Shown here in pieces: positions 11,901 through 23,715 of a stretch of 33,304 nucleotides of DNA. Both the position numbers and the translations under genes were made by a program. Every line of letters begins with the position of its first letter. The first letter of the stretch is position 1. The stretch comes from Octopus sinensis (lineage: Eukaryota), in contig NW_021832092.1 of NCBI RefSeq assembly GCF_006345805.1, forward strand, positions 1-33,304, written 5' to 3'. The notes under the pieces are model-generated. The model ran no database searches. It saw nothing but the letters and a program-made list of their open reading frames with translations, and was not told the origin of the DNA.

Positions 11901-12118
11901 AAAGGCAGCGAGCTGGTAGAATGGTGAGCAACCCGGGCAAAATGTTTAGTGGCATATCATCTATGTTTACGTTCTGAGTTCAAATTCCGCCGTGGTTGAC
12001 TTTGTCTTTCATACTTTCGGGGTCGATAAAATAAGAACCAGTTGAACATTGCGGTCGATGTAGTCGACTTACCCACTACCCAGAAATTACTGACCTCGTG
12101 TTAAAATTTGAAGCCAGT
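11901..12118 (+). mobile_element. tRNA-derived SINE, family B, monomeric copy (a weaker degraded copy lies at about 11745-11870)
   Basis: aaaggcagcgagctggtagaa (A-box-like) and gagttcaaattccgcc (B box), followed by gtcgactt/tttcggggtcgat motifs shared with 28072-28472. Confidence 0.85.
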
Positions 12119-12253
12119 AATCTTTAGACTTATATAAGGAATGTGATAAAAATCTAAATTTAATATAAAAAATAGCTGGTTTTTCACCCGCAAATGGACC
12201 CAGAAATAATGATGAATGAAAAAAAAAAAGATGCTTCTTGTTTTAGTAGATTC

Positions 12254-12292
12254 AGTAGTAGTAGTAGTAGTAGTAGTAGTACTAGTAGTAGT

Positions 12293-12324
<32 letters not shown>

Positions 12325-12477
12325 TAGTATAGTAGTAGTAGTAGTGGTAGTAGCAGCACCAGCAGCAGCAACAGTAGTAGTAGTAGTAGTAGTAGCAGCA
12401 CCAGCTGTAGTAGTAGTAGTAACAGCAGCAGCAGCAGCAGTAGTAGTAGTATCAGTAGTAGCACCATCAGTAGTAGT

Positions 12478-12510
<33 letters not shown>

Positions 12511-12538
12511 GGTAGTAGTAGTAGTAGTTGTAGTAGTA
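12254..12538. repeat. (TAG)n/(CAG)n compound trinucleotide array
   Basis: Visible tandem runs. Confidence 0.95.
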
Positions 12539-13408
12539 TAGCTCTAGGTCTGTTGGTCGAGGGCATCAATGGGTTTTTTGTCTTTTTTAATATAAGGCCA
12601 CATCATTCAATGTGTGCCCTCCTCTTTTATACATATCTTGTATTAAATTTCGCTAAGGCATAAGCTGAGATTTGGTTGCTATTTCTACCGATTATATGCT
12701 CCTGGTATCTAGTTATATGAACGCAATGATTTCTGATGACTTAAGTTATGTGATATATGATACGTTTAATTTTCTCTTTTCTGTTTATACCAATAAAGCT
12801 TTTTGGAACAAGCAATATCCATCTGGGATGCTTAATACTCATACTGGACCTCACTGAAATTTGGTGCATTTGTCACGCTGCAGTGATACTTGAATAAAAG
12901 AGATAAAAGCAGGATAAGTGAATGGAACAAGACCGACTGCTAGAACTACAGAGGAATTTTCATTGATGCAGAAATCATCATAGGAAAATATAATGGGAAG
13001 TGTGCTTTTATTCTCGTAAATACTTTGAAGCTTTTAGACTCAAAACACTGTTATTCAATATGCGAGACAGACGATTTATACTCATTTCTCTATTTGTAAT
13101 AAAACATTGACAAATCGCCGAGACAAATCATTTAATAAACCCGGTGTTTATGTAATGGAGTCAGTATTTGAGAAATGGTTGCATTTACGCTGTTATAGTT
13201 GTATGGGCAAAAGGAGAATCCTCGCAGACGTTATGTGTCCGTCTCACTCACACTTTAATCAGGAAGATATTGAAAAAAAAAAAAAAAGTCAGTTCAGAAA
13301 AAAATTTAAAGTAACTAAAAGGAGTCTTCAGATTATAAAATGCTATTTTGGGAAAAGAAAAAAAAATTATTGCGTCATTTTTGTTCGGCTATTAATTTAT
13401 GTATGTAT

Positions 13409-13657
13409 GATCATCATCATCATTGTCGTCGTCGTCGTCGTCGTTCTCGTCGTCGTCGTCATCTTCATCGTCGTCGTCGTCGTCGTCGTCATCGTCGTCG
13501 TTATCATCATCGTCATCGTCATCGTCGTCGTCGTCGTCGTCGTTATCGTCATCGCGTCATCATCATCATCGTCGTTGTCGTCATCGTCATCGTCGTCGTC
13601 GTCGTAATCGGCATCGTCATCGTCGTCGTCATCATCATCATCATCATCATCATCATC
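13409..13657. repeat. (TCG)n/(TCA)n compound trinucleotide array
   Basis: Visible tandem runs. Confidence 0.95.
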
Positions 13658-13989
13658 GTGACATACAACACTTAGTATATTCACATTTAAATATACCGGA
13701 ACGTATGAAGAATAAATATGCAAGCCATCGTTTTGATTCTTGTTGTTCACCGTACATATGATGATTGATTATATACTGGTAGATATCAGAAGGGATCAGA
13801 AAACAGTTTGTTCTCTGAAGTTACAAACAAGAGCATCGATTAGATTCAATGGATTACTTCTGACTAAGGAGGAACAACGGTGTCGAAACATCGTTTGTCT
13901 CAGAGTCACTTGTGCTAATGGACTGAGTGTTTTATGAACACACATTCGTCGTAATGAGGTTGTTCTTTTGTGAAGAAACACAACAACGA

Positions 13990-14263
13990 TTAAGATCGTT
14001 AGAACGTGGGTTCGATTCCCGGACACCGGTCAACGCGTTGTTTTCTTGAGTAAAACACATTATTTTACGTTGCTCTGCGACCATTTTTTTTTCAACATCT
14101 GAAGTGTGAAACACTTGTGCACCTCTACAGGAAGTGTTGATTTGTTGGAGGGCGTGTGCTTTATGTGAACGCAAACATTTGACCACTATACACAAATCGA
14201 CTATGTGGTTGTTCAGCAAGTAATTGCAGAGCCCTCATCCGTCGTCTGACGACGGGCGAATCC
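13990..14263 (+). mobile_element. tRNA-derived SINE (family D), head degraded
   Basis: B box gggttcgattccc at 14008 and a central gttgttttcttgagtaaaacac..ttttacgttgctc segment shared with 14648 and 15547. There is a terminal hairpin CCGTCGT-ctg-ACGACGG at 14239-14255. Confidence 0.7.
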
Positions 14264-14504
14264 GTGTCACACTCACACACACACACGCACACACACACGC
14301 GCGCGCACACACACGCGCGCACGCGCGCACACACACACACCACACACACACACACACACACGCACGCACACACACACACCACACATTTGACGGATTTCCA
14401 CACACTTTACGTCTTTCAAAGCCACCTTCTTACTCATGATTCATGGAATATGTGAAGGACTGTGACAGCCGCAGAATAAGAGAGTGAGTGAGAGAGAAAT
14501 TGAT

Positions 14505-14539
<35 letters not shown>

Positions 14540-14556
14540 TATAGAGATAGAGAGAG

Positions 14557-14630
<74 letters not shown>

Positions 14631-14647
14631 ATAGATAGAGAGAGATG

Positions 14648-14789
14648 CTGGTAGTCCGCTGGTACTTATTAACAGCTGAGTATATTGGAGCAACGTGGAA
14701 AAATGTGCCTTGTTTAAAGACACAGCGCAACGTCCATGAACAACTGGTCGAGATCCCAGTATTGTAACCACTACGCCAAGTGCCTTCAT
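14648..14789 (-). mobile_element. tRNA-headed SINE fragment
   Basis: Minus strand reads gaaggcacttggcgtagtggtt (A box)...gctgtgtctttaaacaaggcaca...acgttgctccaatatactcagctg. Confidence 0.7.
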
Positions 14790-14952
14790 TGAAGAATATA
14801 TCTAAACGTATAATCAACATTACATTCAGGAAATTTCTTTGATTAATATGAATGGTCGCGTGGTTTAATTTTTACTAACAATGTGTAGTTAGTATTAAAG
14901 ATATGTCTTATTCCAAAGAACTGAACTTGCCTACTTTCCTTGTGCTTAATAA

Positions 14953-15150
14953 TTCTTTCTACAATAAGCACAAGGTCTGAAATTGAGGAGGCAGTGAGTG
15001 CGCTGGGGTGAGGCAGGTGTAGGCTAGTTGATTACACCAGTTCACTCAGCTGGCAAAAGAGTGTAATCCTGCGATGGACCGGCGTCCCGCTCAGGAGCGA
15101 AATATATAAGCAGAAAAACTGGGTAATCGGCCCTGTGCTTCTTACGGAGT
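14953..15150. mobile_element. Adjacent SINE fragments: family B tail (minus, 14953-14995) and family E fragment (plus, 15035-15150)
   Basis: tttctacaataagcacaaggtctgaaatt matches the family B tail; cactcagctggcaaaagagtgtaatcctgcgatggaccggcgtcccg matches 15670-15720. Confidence 0.7.
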
Positions 15151-15164
15151 ACTGTGGACCAACT

Positions 15165-15545
15165 ATATTATATTATGTAAAATCATATTATACTATATTA
15201 TATTATATTATGTTATATTGTATTTTGATATATTGTATTATGTTATATGTTATAGTATGCGTTATTATATAACGCTATATCATACTATAATATATTACAT
15301 CATGTTATATGTTATATTATGCGTTATTATATTATATCATGTCATATCATATTATGTTGTTATATTACACTATATTTTATTACATTATGTTATATTAAAT
15401 TATATTGTATGATATTATGTTATATTATTTTATATTATAATATATTGTATTATATATTATATTATTTCATATTAAAGTATATTATATTATGCTATGTTAT
15501 ACTATATTATATTATATTTCATTATATTTTGTCATATTATATTAG
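15165..15545. repeat. Degenerate (ATATT)n-like AT-rich satellite
   Basis: Roughly 5-bp periodic tatat/tatta/tatgt units. Confidence 0.85.
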
Positions 15546-15546
15546 T

Positions 15547-15800
15547 GGAGGTGCATGGCTTAAAGATCAGGGTGTTGGCGACATGATCGTTAGATTGTGG
15601 TTTCCATTCCTGGACCAGGCGACGTGTTGTGTTCTTGAGAAAAACACTTCACTCCACATTATTCCTGTCCACTCAGCTAGCAAAAAGGAGTAATCCTACG
15701 ACGGACTGGCGTCCCGTCCAGGGGGGTGGTCTATTTAGGTCATGGAAACCCGGAAACCGGCCCTTATGAGTCGGTATGAATTGTGAAGGAACTTTACTTT
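15547..15800 (+). mobile_element. tRNA-derived SINE (family E)
   Basis: Head ggaggtgcatggctt...gtttccattcctggacc, central gtgttgtgttcttgagaaaaacacttc, and tail ggaaaccggcccttatgagtc...gaaggaactttacttt. Confidence 0.8.
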
Positions 15801-15829
15801 TTTTTTTATTACTGTATGAGCAAACGCAT

Positions 15830-16208
15830 ACGCACGCATACATGTGTACTCGTGCATGGACATACACATTCATGCATCAAAACACACAAGTATATTCGCA
15901 GACATACAGATGTAGACGCAGATGCATATATACAAACACAGACACAAAGATATAGACGCAAACATACGGACGTACACACACATAGATATTTGCACACACA
16001 TATACACACATGCACATACACACACACGCATACACACACACATACACACACACGCAGTTACTCTGACACAATGATGCCCAGTTATAGTCACTGACATACA
16101 TATACAAGCATGGAGGTACGTATACACAGACGCAAAGATATAGACGCAAGCATGCGGTTACACCTAAACACACACTCATACACACACGTACACACATCCA
16201 CACACACA

Positions 16209-16245
<37 letters not shown>

Positions 16246-16339
16246 ACACACACACAGATAGTCAGTCAGACACTGTGATACACAGCTATGGTCACAAACA
16301 TACAGATACAGGAACGGAGGCACGTATACACACACAAAC

Positions 16340-16392
<53 letters not shown>

Positions 16393-16727
16393 TGTTCAGA
16401 AATCGTGATATACACAGCTATAGCCACAAGCATATAGATACAGATACGGAGTCACGTATACAAATGCAGACGCAAAGATATAGACACAGAAACAAGAACA
16501 CTCATACAAACGTACAGTCACACACACACACACACGCACACACACACACATACACACACGCACACGCACACACATACACACACACACACATGCACACACA
16601 TACACATATGCGCGCACACACAGTACTCAACAATAGTCCCAGACATACAGAAATGGAAGCATGGGAGCATGTATACAAACATATACGCAAAAATATAGAC
16701 ACAGTGACACGGTCACATTCATACAAA

Positions 16728-16765
<38 letters not shown>

Positions 16766-16980
16766 CACACACACAAAGACACACACACATACATACACAC
16801 AATACTCAACAATAGTTACAGACATACAGATATGGAAGCATGGAAGGACGTATACAAACATATACGCAAAGATGTAGACACAGTTACACGGCCACATTCA
16901 TAGAAACGTGCACACACACACACACACACACACACACAACACACACACACACATACACACACACACACATGTACGCACTC
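15830..16980. repeat. Higher-order compound minisatellite: diverged cores alternating with (CA)n
   Basis: The anchor gga(g/a)N1-2(c/t/g)acgtataca...acgcaaagatatagac recurs at 16112, 16316, 16448, 16664 and 16842, with a weaker copy at about 15920. Confidence 0.8.
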
Positions 16981-17070
16981 ACAAATTTATACACATGTCC
17001 AAGACACATCCCTGCATCCACCTACAATGGGAATCAAATACCGTGCGACCATGGCTATTTTAGCCTGCAG

Positions 17071-17146
17071 GCTGCCGCAAGAAACGCAACATCATCTAAT
17101 CGCATAATGGCTATCATCATTTCTGATTGGTTAATATTCTTGTTCG
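17071..17146 (+). other. Candidate small exon (hydrophobic start MAIIISDWLIFLF, phase-1 donor)
   Basis: Acceptor-like ttttagcctgcag| at 17070, ATG at 17107, and consensus donor G|GTGAGT at 17147. No homology was recognised. Confidence 0.2.
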
Positions 17147-17339
17147 GTGAGTCCAGGAAAAAGGGGAATAAGAAAAATAAGGAGGCGGGGAACCAAAAAA
17201 AAAAGAACAAAAAGCAGAACAAAATAAACTACAATAAACGTGTATAAAAGTAAATATAAGGGAATTGGGAGATGAGAAATTTAGGCCTATCCGGTAGAGA
17301 TGGGGGCAGCTTAAAAGTGCACAGAACGGAAATGAAACG

Positions 17340-17442
17340 GCTTTAAACTATATAACAACGACGGACAACGACGAACTCGACAACGACAACCCTGACAATA
17401 ATATTGCCGGTTAGCTGCAACTACAACAGCAACAACAACAAT

Positions 17443-17515
<73 letters not shown>

Positions 17516-17712
17516 ACTACTATCACCACCACCACCAACTGTATCACTACCACCACCTCAACCACCACCACAACAACCACCACCACTACCAACAACAACA
17601 ACAACAATAACAACTGTATCACCACCACTACCTTCACCACCACCACCAACCGTATCACTACCACCATCACACCGCCGCCGCCACGACGACGACGACGACC
17701 ACCACCACGACC

Positions 17713-17750
<38 letters not shown>

Positions 17751-17772
17751 GACGACCACCACCACGACCACC

Positions 17773-17804
<32 letters not shown>

Positions 17805-18100
17805 GACCACCACACCACTGCCGCCGCCGCCGCCGCCACCGCCGCAACCACTACCACTACTGAAAACCAACAGCAATAACATTAATAACTATAGCAGAAA
17901 CAACTACAACAGACAAAGACCATAGTAAGAAGAAGAGCAACAACAGCAGTAACAGCAGCAATAACAACAATAACAATAACAACAACAGAATCGGCATCAG
18001 CTGCACCAGTAGCAGCAGAACAACAGAAGAAGCTCTTTACAACAATAGCAGCAACACCAACAGCAACATCAGCGTCATCAACAACGGCGTCGTCGTCAAC
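17340..18100. repeat. Compound trinucleotide array (AAC/TAC/TGC/CAC/GAC/CAG)
   Basis: Visible tandem runs. Confidence 0.9.
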
Positions 18101-18149
18101 GAGATGAAAAAGACATTTTTTCGCAGTTGGAAGAATAAGCACAAGCATA

Positions 18150-18787
18150 ATCCTTTCTCCTATAGGCACACGGCCTAAAATTTGGTGGGATGGTGGGAGG
18201 GGTGGTGGTGCTAATCAATAACATCAACCCAAGTGAACAGCTGGTATTTATTTCATCGACGAAGAAAGGATGAACGACAGAGTCGACCTCGCCGGAATTT
18301 GAACTCAGGACGTAAAGACGGACGAAATGTCGCAATTATAATAACCGTTTCTACTATAGGCACAAAGCCTGAAATTCGGGGTAGGGAGTCCAATACTTAT
18401 TTTATCGACTCCGAAAGGATGAAAGGTAAAGTCGACCTCGGCAGCGTTTTACTCAGAACCCGAAGACTGACGAAATACCTATTTCTTTACTACTCACAAG
18501 GGGCTAAACACAGAGAGGACAAACAAGGACAGACAAACGGATTAAGTCGATTATATCAACCCCAGTGCTTAACTGGTACTTAATTTATCGACCCCGAAAG
18601 GATGAAAAGCAAAGTCGACCTCGGCGGAATTTGAACTCAGAACGTACCACTAAGCATTTCGCTCGACGTGCTAACGTTTCTGCCAGCTCGCCGCCTTTGT
18701 CATAAATATAATAGCGGCAGAAGAAATACCGTTAAGCATTTCGGCCGGGGCGCTAACGTTTCTGCCAGCACACCGCCTTTGTCATAA

Positions 18788-18793
<6 letters not shown>
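18150..18793 (-). mobile_element. Stack of SINE family B copies with a duplicated head
   Basis: A monomer (18150-18330), a dimer-type copy (18345-18697) and an 82-bp-offset repeat of head plus flank (18712-18793). All match 28072-28472. Confidence 0.85.
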
Positions 18794-18865
<72 letters not shown>

Positions 18866-18879
18866 TAATAATAATTCGC

Positions 18880-19003
18880 GCACATATGGTTGTGATGCAT
18901 GTGCCTAGTGTTCCCTTATCAGACGGGCAGTCATGATGGGCATACTGGGCTTCGTATATTTTACCCCAGTGTCACTTTGATAGCATGCACTGCTCTCTCA
19001 CTC
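18880..19003 (+). mobile_element. Retroposon 3' fragment embedded in (AAT)n
   Basis: A non-repetitive 124-bp segment ending gcactgctctctcactc-(aat)n, flanked on both sides by long (AAT)n. The family is not identified. Confidence 0.55.
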
Positions 19004-19010
19004 AATAATA

Positions 19011-19076
<66 letters not shown>

Positions 19077-19097
19077 TTAATAATAATAATAATAATA

Positions 19098-19135
<38 letters not shown>

Positions 19136-19143
19136 AATAATAA

Positions 19144-19366
19144 TCCTTTTCACTATAGGCACAAGGCCTGAAATCCTGAAATTTGGTGGGAGGGGACTAG
19201 TAGATCACATCGATACCAGTGTTTCACTGGTACTTAATTTATCGACCACGAAAGGATGAAAAGCAAAGTCGACCTCGGCGGAATATGAACTCAGAACGTA
19301 GCAGCAGACGAAATACCGCTAAGCATTTTGCCTAGCGTGCTAACGATTCTGCCAGCTCACCGCCTT
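19144..19366 (-). mobile_element. SINE family B, full monomer
   Basis: ctataggcacaaggcctgaaat...aaagtcgacctcggcggaatatgaactcagaacgtagcagcagacgaaataccgctaagcatt...gccagctcaccgcctt. Confidence 0.9.
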
Positions 19367-19369
19367 ATT

Positions 19370-19405
19370 AACAAAAAACAGCAACAACAACAACAACAAC
19401 AACAA

Positions 19406-19455
<50 letters not shown>

Positions 19456-19767
19456 ACAACAACGACTTCAGCAACAATCACTACAAACAGGCTAACAAGC
19501 TTCAATAATACCACCATCTCAGCAACACAAGAAGCAAGTAACAACAACATGAAAAAAAAAGCAACAACAAAGTAACATTAACAACAATAACAACAACTTC
19601 AACATTAATTACAGCAACAACGACAGCAGCAGCAGCAGCAGAAGTAGTAGTAGTTAAATCAACAATCAGAGGAACATCATATCTACTCCATTGAATATGG
19701 TTTCTTTAATTATGAAGATCGGATTGTAGAGAGGGAAAGGAAGAGAAAGAGATAAAGTAAACGAGCT

Positions 19768-19852
<85 letters not shown>

Positions 19853-20013
19853 TGAAAGAGAGAAAGGGAGAGAGAGTTATGGAGATGAATAAGTGGTCAG
19901 CGTGAAACGAGTATAATATTAGAAATGAAGAGCGAGCAAAAAAGGGATTGAGGATATATAATAATAATATAATAATAATAATAGTGATGATGGTGATGAT
20001 GATGATGATGATG

Positions 20014-20063
<50 letters not shown>
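19370..20063. repeat. (CAA/CAG)n, (GA)n and (AAT/GAT)n microsatellites
   Basis: Visible tandem runs. Confidence 0.9.
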
Positions 20064-20065
<2 letters not shown>

Positions 20066-21470
20066 ACTAGATAAGACACAACACGCACAAATGAAAGAGA
20101 AAATAAAAAAAGAATATTATAGACGAGTTAGATCAATACTAAAAACAGAGCTCAATGCTAAAAACAAGATAATAGGTATTAACACGTCAGCCGTCCCAGT
20201 TATAAGTTACATCTACATTATCCTTAACTGGACACTAAATGAACTAACCAAAATACGGAAACAAGAAATATGATGACAGGATCTAGGATGCATCACCCAA
20301 AATCTGATATAGAAAGGCTATATATAAAACGTATAGAAGGTGGTAGAGGCCTTATACAGCTGGAAAACTATTATAAAATAACCACCATAGGACTGCAAAA
20401 ATACCTACTTAAGAAACGAGGAAAACTAATACAAATAGCCACAAAACACGAGCAAAACAAAAGAAAAAAACTGTTTTCAGTATTTAAGGAAGCTGATAAA
20501 TACAAACAAGAAATCATACTACCTAACAAATATGAAGAAGAAGAAGAAACAACAAAAGCTATAAAACAAATGAAATCCAAACTAAAACTAGAACATCAAC
20601 GGACCATGATAAAACGATGGCACGAAAAGCCCCTTCATGGCAAATACTGGGCTAAACTAAATGCAAAAGAAATAGACAGAGAAAAGTTCCAGCAATGGTT
20701 GAGAAGCTCAGGACTCAAAGCAGAGACTGAAGGATTTTTAATAGCAGCACGAGAAAAAAGAAATTACCAAAAACATAATGAAATGAAACATTACAAGTAA
20801 CTGCAGAATATGTGGAGAGGGACAAGAAACAATAAATCATATAATCTCTGGTTGCCCAGTCCTGGTTAAAAAGGAATATATTTACAGACACGACAGAGTT
20901 GGGACCTACATACACTGGAAGCTATGACAACACTATGGAATAACAACAGAAAAAAGATGGTATAGGCACACGCCAGAAAAGGTCACAGAAAACGAGAAAG
21001 CAACCATACTCTGGGATATTCCAATACACACTGCTAGAGAAATTAAGGCCAATAAGCCAGATATAGTTGTCAGAGATCATGAAGAAAAAAAATGCTTTCT
21101 AATTGATGTATCAATACCAGCAGATGACAACGTTTCTTCTAAAAGAAATGGAGAACCTTTCAAAATACAAAGACCTGGAAATAGAGGTAACTAGAATGTG
21201 GAATCTAAAAACAGAAACAATCCCTAACATAGTAGGTGCATTAGGCATGATAAAAAAATATTCAGACAAATACATAACAAAAACACCAGGACTTACAAAC
21301 ACATATAACATACAGAAAATTGCACTACTAGGCACTGCACACATCCTACGCAAAACACTTTCAATACAGTAACCATCAGAGCATCACAACAAATCACAGC
21401 ACATACCCAAGGCACACAGAGCTGCGATCGGTAGTGAAGTGAAAGCACGCTATAAAAATAAAACTACGGA
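20061..21470 (+). mobile_element. R4/Dong-like non-LTR retrotransposon, 5'-truncated (post-RT region, CCHC finger, RLE endonuclease), inactivated
   Basis: Motifs found: KKEYYRRVRSILKTELNAKNKI; HPKSDIERLYIKRIEGGRGL; LHGKYW; LKAETEGFLIAA; CRICGEGQETINHIISGC (20802); RHDRV; KPDIVVRD...FLIDVSIP (PD at 21057); KYKDL; and GALG. It has frameshifts and stops and is flanked by (TAA)n on both sides. Confidence 0.92.
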
Positions 21471-21511
21471 ATAATAATAAAGATGATGATGATGATGGTG
21501 ATAATAATAAT

Positions 21512-22218
21512 GATTTCATTTATTTGCAACAAGGATAAGGGGAACAATGCAAAGACAGACATAAAGTGTTGCGGTTTACATAAAATGAAATGATAAAAGA
21601 TAGAAGGGTCATATGCATAGCATATAAAGTTTAAAAAAAAGGTGGCGAGGCGAATGATAGAGATGTGGCCCTTCTGATACAGGAACACCTTTAGGGATAA
21701 TCGAGGAACTCCACTCTCCTAGATTTCCTTGAAAGCTCTCTCCAATTTCTTATCTCTGACTCGCAGGTCTACACTTAGAGGGGTACCATCCACTCTTGCC
21801 ATTTTCGCAACTTTCACCCACCTTTCAATAAACTCACTCGAGGACAGCACTTCCCTCACCACTCTCAATTTCCTTTTCAAGTGAAACTTGAAGAAGCCAA
21901 TGAGAGTTCTACCAAAGAACCAAAGTTCTACCTGTCCTCATGCCTTTCAGCCTTGTCCACTAACAACCTCATTCACTACAGCCACCAGGCAAAAGAAAAC
22001 TGCCTTGTCTACCCGATCCTCACTACAAACTCGGCCGACAGACGGACCCGTCCCACACGTGACAGCAGCTGTTCGACATGACCCCACAAGTCAGCAATGC
22101 CCGGACACTAAAAGAGGGCGTGCAGAACGGTTTCGTCACTGCGTGCACCTCGGACAAGCCCGTCAAACAGCACATTCGTGCCTGTTGAGTTTATCTCGAA
22201 CCAGTAACGCCCCCACTC
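21512..22218 (-). mobile_element. L1/Tx1-clade LINE 3' fragment (ORF2 C-terminal zinc finger plus 3' UTR)
   Basis: The minus strand gives GALLVRDKL...ACPRC..DETVLHALF*CPGIADLWGHVEQLL...FFKFHLKRKLRV...EFIERW. AATAAA complement at 21519-21524. Confidence 0.82.
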
Positions 22219-22220
22219 AC

Positions 22221-22290
22221 TTTCTACAAAAGGCACAAGGCCTGAAATTTGGCGGGAGTGGACTAGTCGATTACGTTGCCCCCAGTGTTT
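22221..22290 (-). mobile_element. SINE family B tail fragment
   Basis: tttctacaaaaggcacaaggcctgaaatttggcgggagtggactagtcgattac. Confidence 0.75.
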
Positions 22291-22425
22291 TTCTAGTGCT
22301 CCAGCATGGTTGAGGACGGAAAATTACCCAGAAACTTTTATTAAATTCATTCAGTTGTTAAACATAAATAAATCTTGTAAGTAAATGGTTTTGATTTACT
22401 GTTAGGTGACTTTTTGGCCAAACCT

Positions 22426-22466
<41 letters not shown>

Positions 22467-22484
22467 TACAAATACACGCATACA

Positions 22485-22645
22485 ATGACCTTGTTTCAGT
22501 TTCCGTCTACCAAATTCACTCACAAAGCTTTGATCGGCCGGACAAGTGTAGAAGACTAATGTCGAAGGTGTCACGCAGTAGGACTGAACCTGGAACCATA
22601 TGGTTGAGAAGCAAACTTTTTTTCACACAGCTACGCCTCTGCGTA
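22485..22645 (-). mobile_element. SINE family A 5' half
   Basis: tttcagtttccgtctaccaaattcactcac...ggactgaacctggaaccatatggtt...cacacagctacgcctctgcg is the reverse complement of the 11204 head. Confidence 0.85.
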
Positions 22646-22866
22646 TCTGAAATCATTTCATAAATAGTCACCGAATGTAGTTTATGCGCTGCCTCTGATG
22701 ATGTGAAGTGCAGAATTAGGGGTTCTCTGTATTTTGTTGTAGGGTGCATAACTGGTTTAGCAAAACACGATAAAGAACAGACATGGGAGCTTCTTCGCGG
22801 TTCATCGACCTGCTAGAGCTAGCAGCTAAACTCAAATTACAGACATTTGTCTTCTTGTTTGTAGAG

Positions 22867-23012
22867 GTTCTGCGTTTAAGTTCTGCTACAGTCGGTTTTT
22901 CATTTTATTCTTTCGGGGTCGGTGAGGTAAATACAAGTTGATTACAGAGGTCGATGTAATCGACTTGCTTCTTCCTACCAAAATTTCAGGCCTTGTACCT
23001 CTCCTAAAAAGG
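22867..23012 (+). mobile_element. SINE family B degraded 3' part
   Basis: tctttcggggtcg...gtcgatgtaatcgactt...aaaatttcaggccttgtacct. Confidence 0.7.
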
Positions 23013-23155
23013 ATCATATAAGCAGATTTAGAGCGGAATATTTCCCTTCGCTTAACACCCATGTCAATAATTTACTGATGTATCAAATAACTTTGTGCAG
23101 GTGGAATTTCCTACGATGTATTGTTTAAAGGATCGAACCCATCTTTCGTGTAGCG

Positions 23156-23715
23156 CAGTGGTTCCAAGCCATTTTAACATATGAACGCCTTTGATTACAG
23201 TTTTACTCTGGTGGACACCTATAGCTATTCGATGTTTAGAAACTAGTTTTATAAATGCAGTAATCCCTCGCCATATCGCAGTTCCCCTACCGCAGTATAT
23301 TATTTAAGTTTACGTCGATTCCTCCGTGGTGTTGTTTTGCATTTATAATAAAATAAATACATTCAAATTATATATATAAAAAAATATACAGCACAGTACT
23401 ATTTCTACTTCGCGGATTTTCATCTATCGCGTGGGGTTTTGGAACGTAACATTCGTGATAGTCGCGAGATTGCTGTACTTCTTTCAAAACTCCTACTTTG
23501 CTTTCTACACATTAATTTGTGCAGGGTGAACTGTGTAAATCGTTAGAGAAAGCAATTTTGCTGTTTCTTTCAACACATATGTCTAAATCAAAATTTTTAC
23601 GTGGACTATTAATATACTACTGTGGGCCCCCAATTTAATATTTTTCTTGCATGGACCCCAACAAATTCTTGCATGGACCTCCAGAGGTCATATGGATCAC
23701 GGTTGAGAACCACAG
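23156..23715. mobile_element. hAT-type MITE with 8-bp target-site duplication
   Basis: TIRs are CAGTGGTTCCAAGCC and GGTTGAGAACCACAG (11/15 complementary). The TSD is GTGTAGCG (23148-23155) and GTGTAGTG (23716-23723). Confidence 0.85.
23258..23475. mobile_element. Tc1/mariner(pogo/Tigger)-type MITE nested in the hAT MITE
   Basis: TIRs are CAGTAATCCCTCGCCATATCGC and GTGATAGTCGCGAGATTGCTG. The right flank is TA and the left flank is TG (decayed TA). Confidence 0.7.

Noticed and set aside
15830-16980. CRISPR-like repeat-spacer array
   Set aside because: Eukaryotic context, long diverged cores, spacers are (CA)n and there are no cas genes.
22695-22701. CTGATGA as another hammerhead core
   Set aside because: No stem II or GAAA(C) downstream and no stem I.
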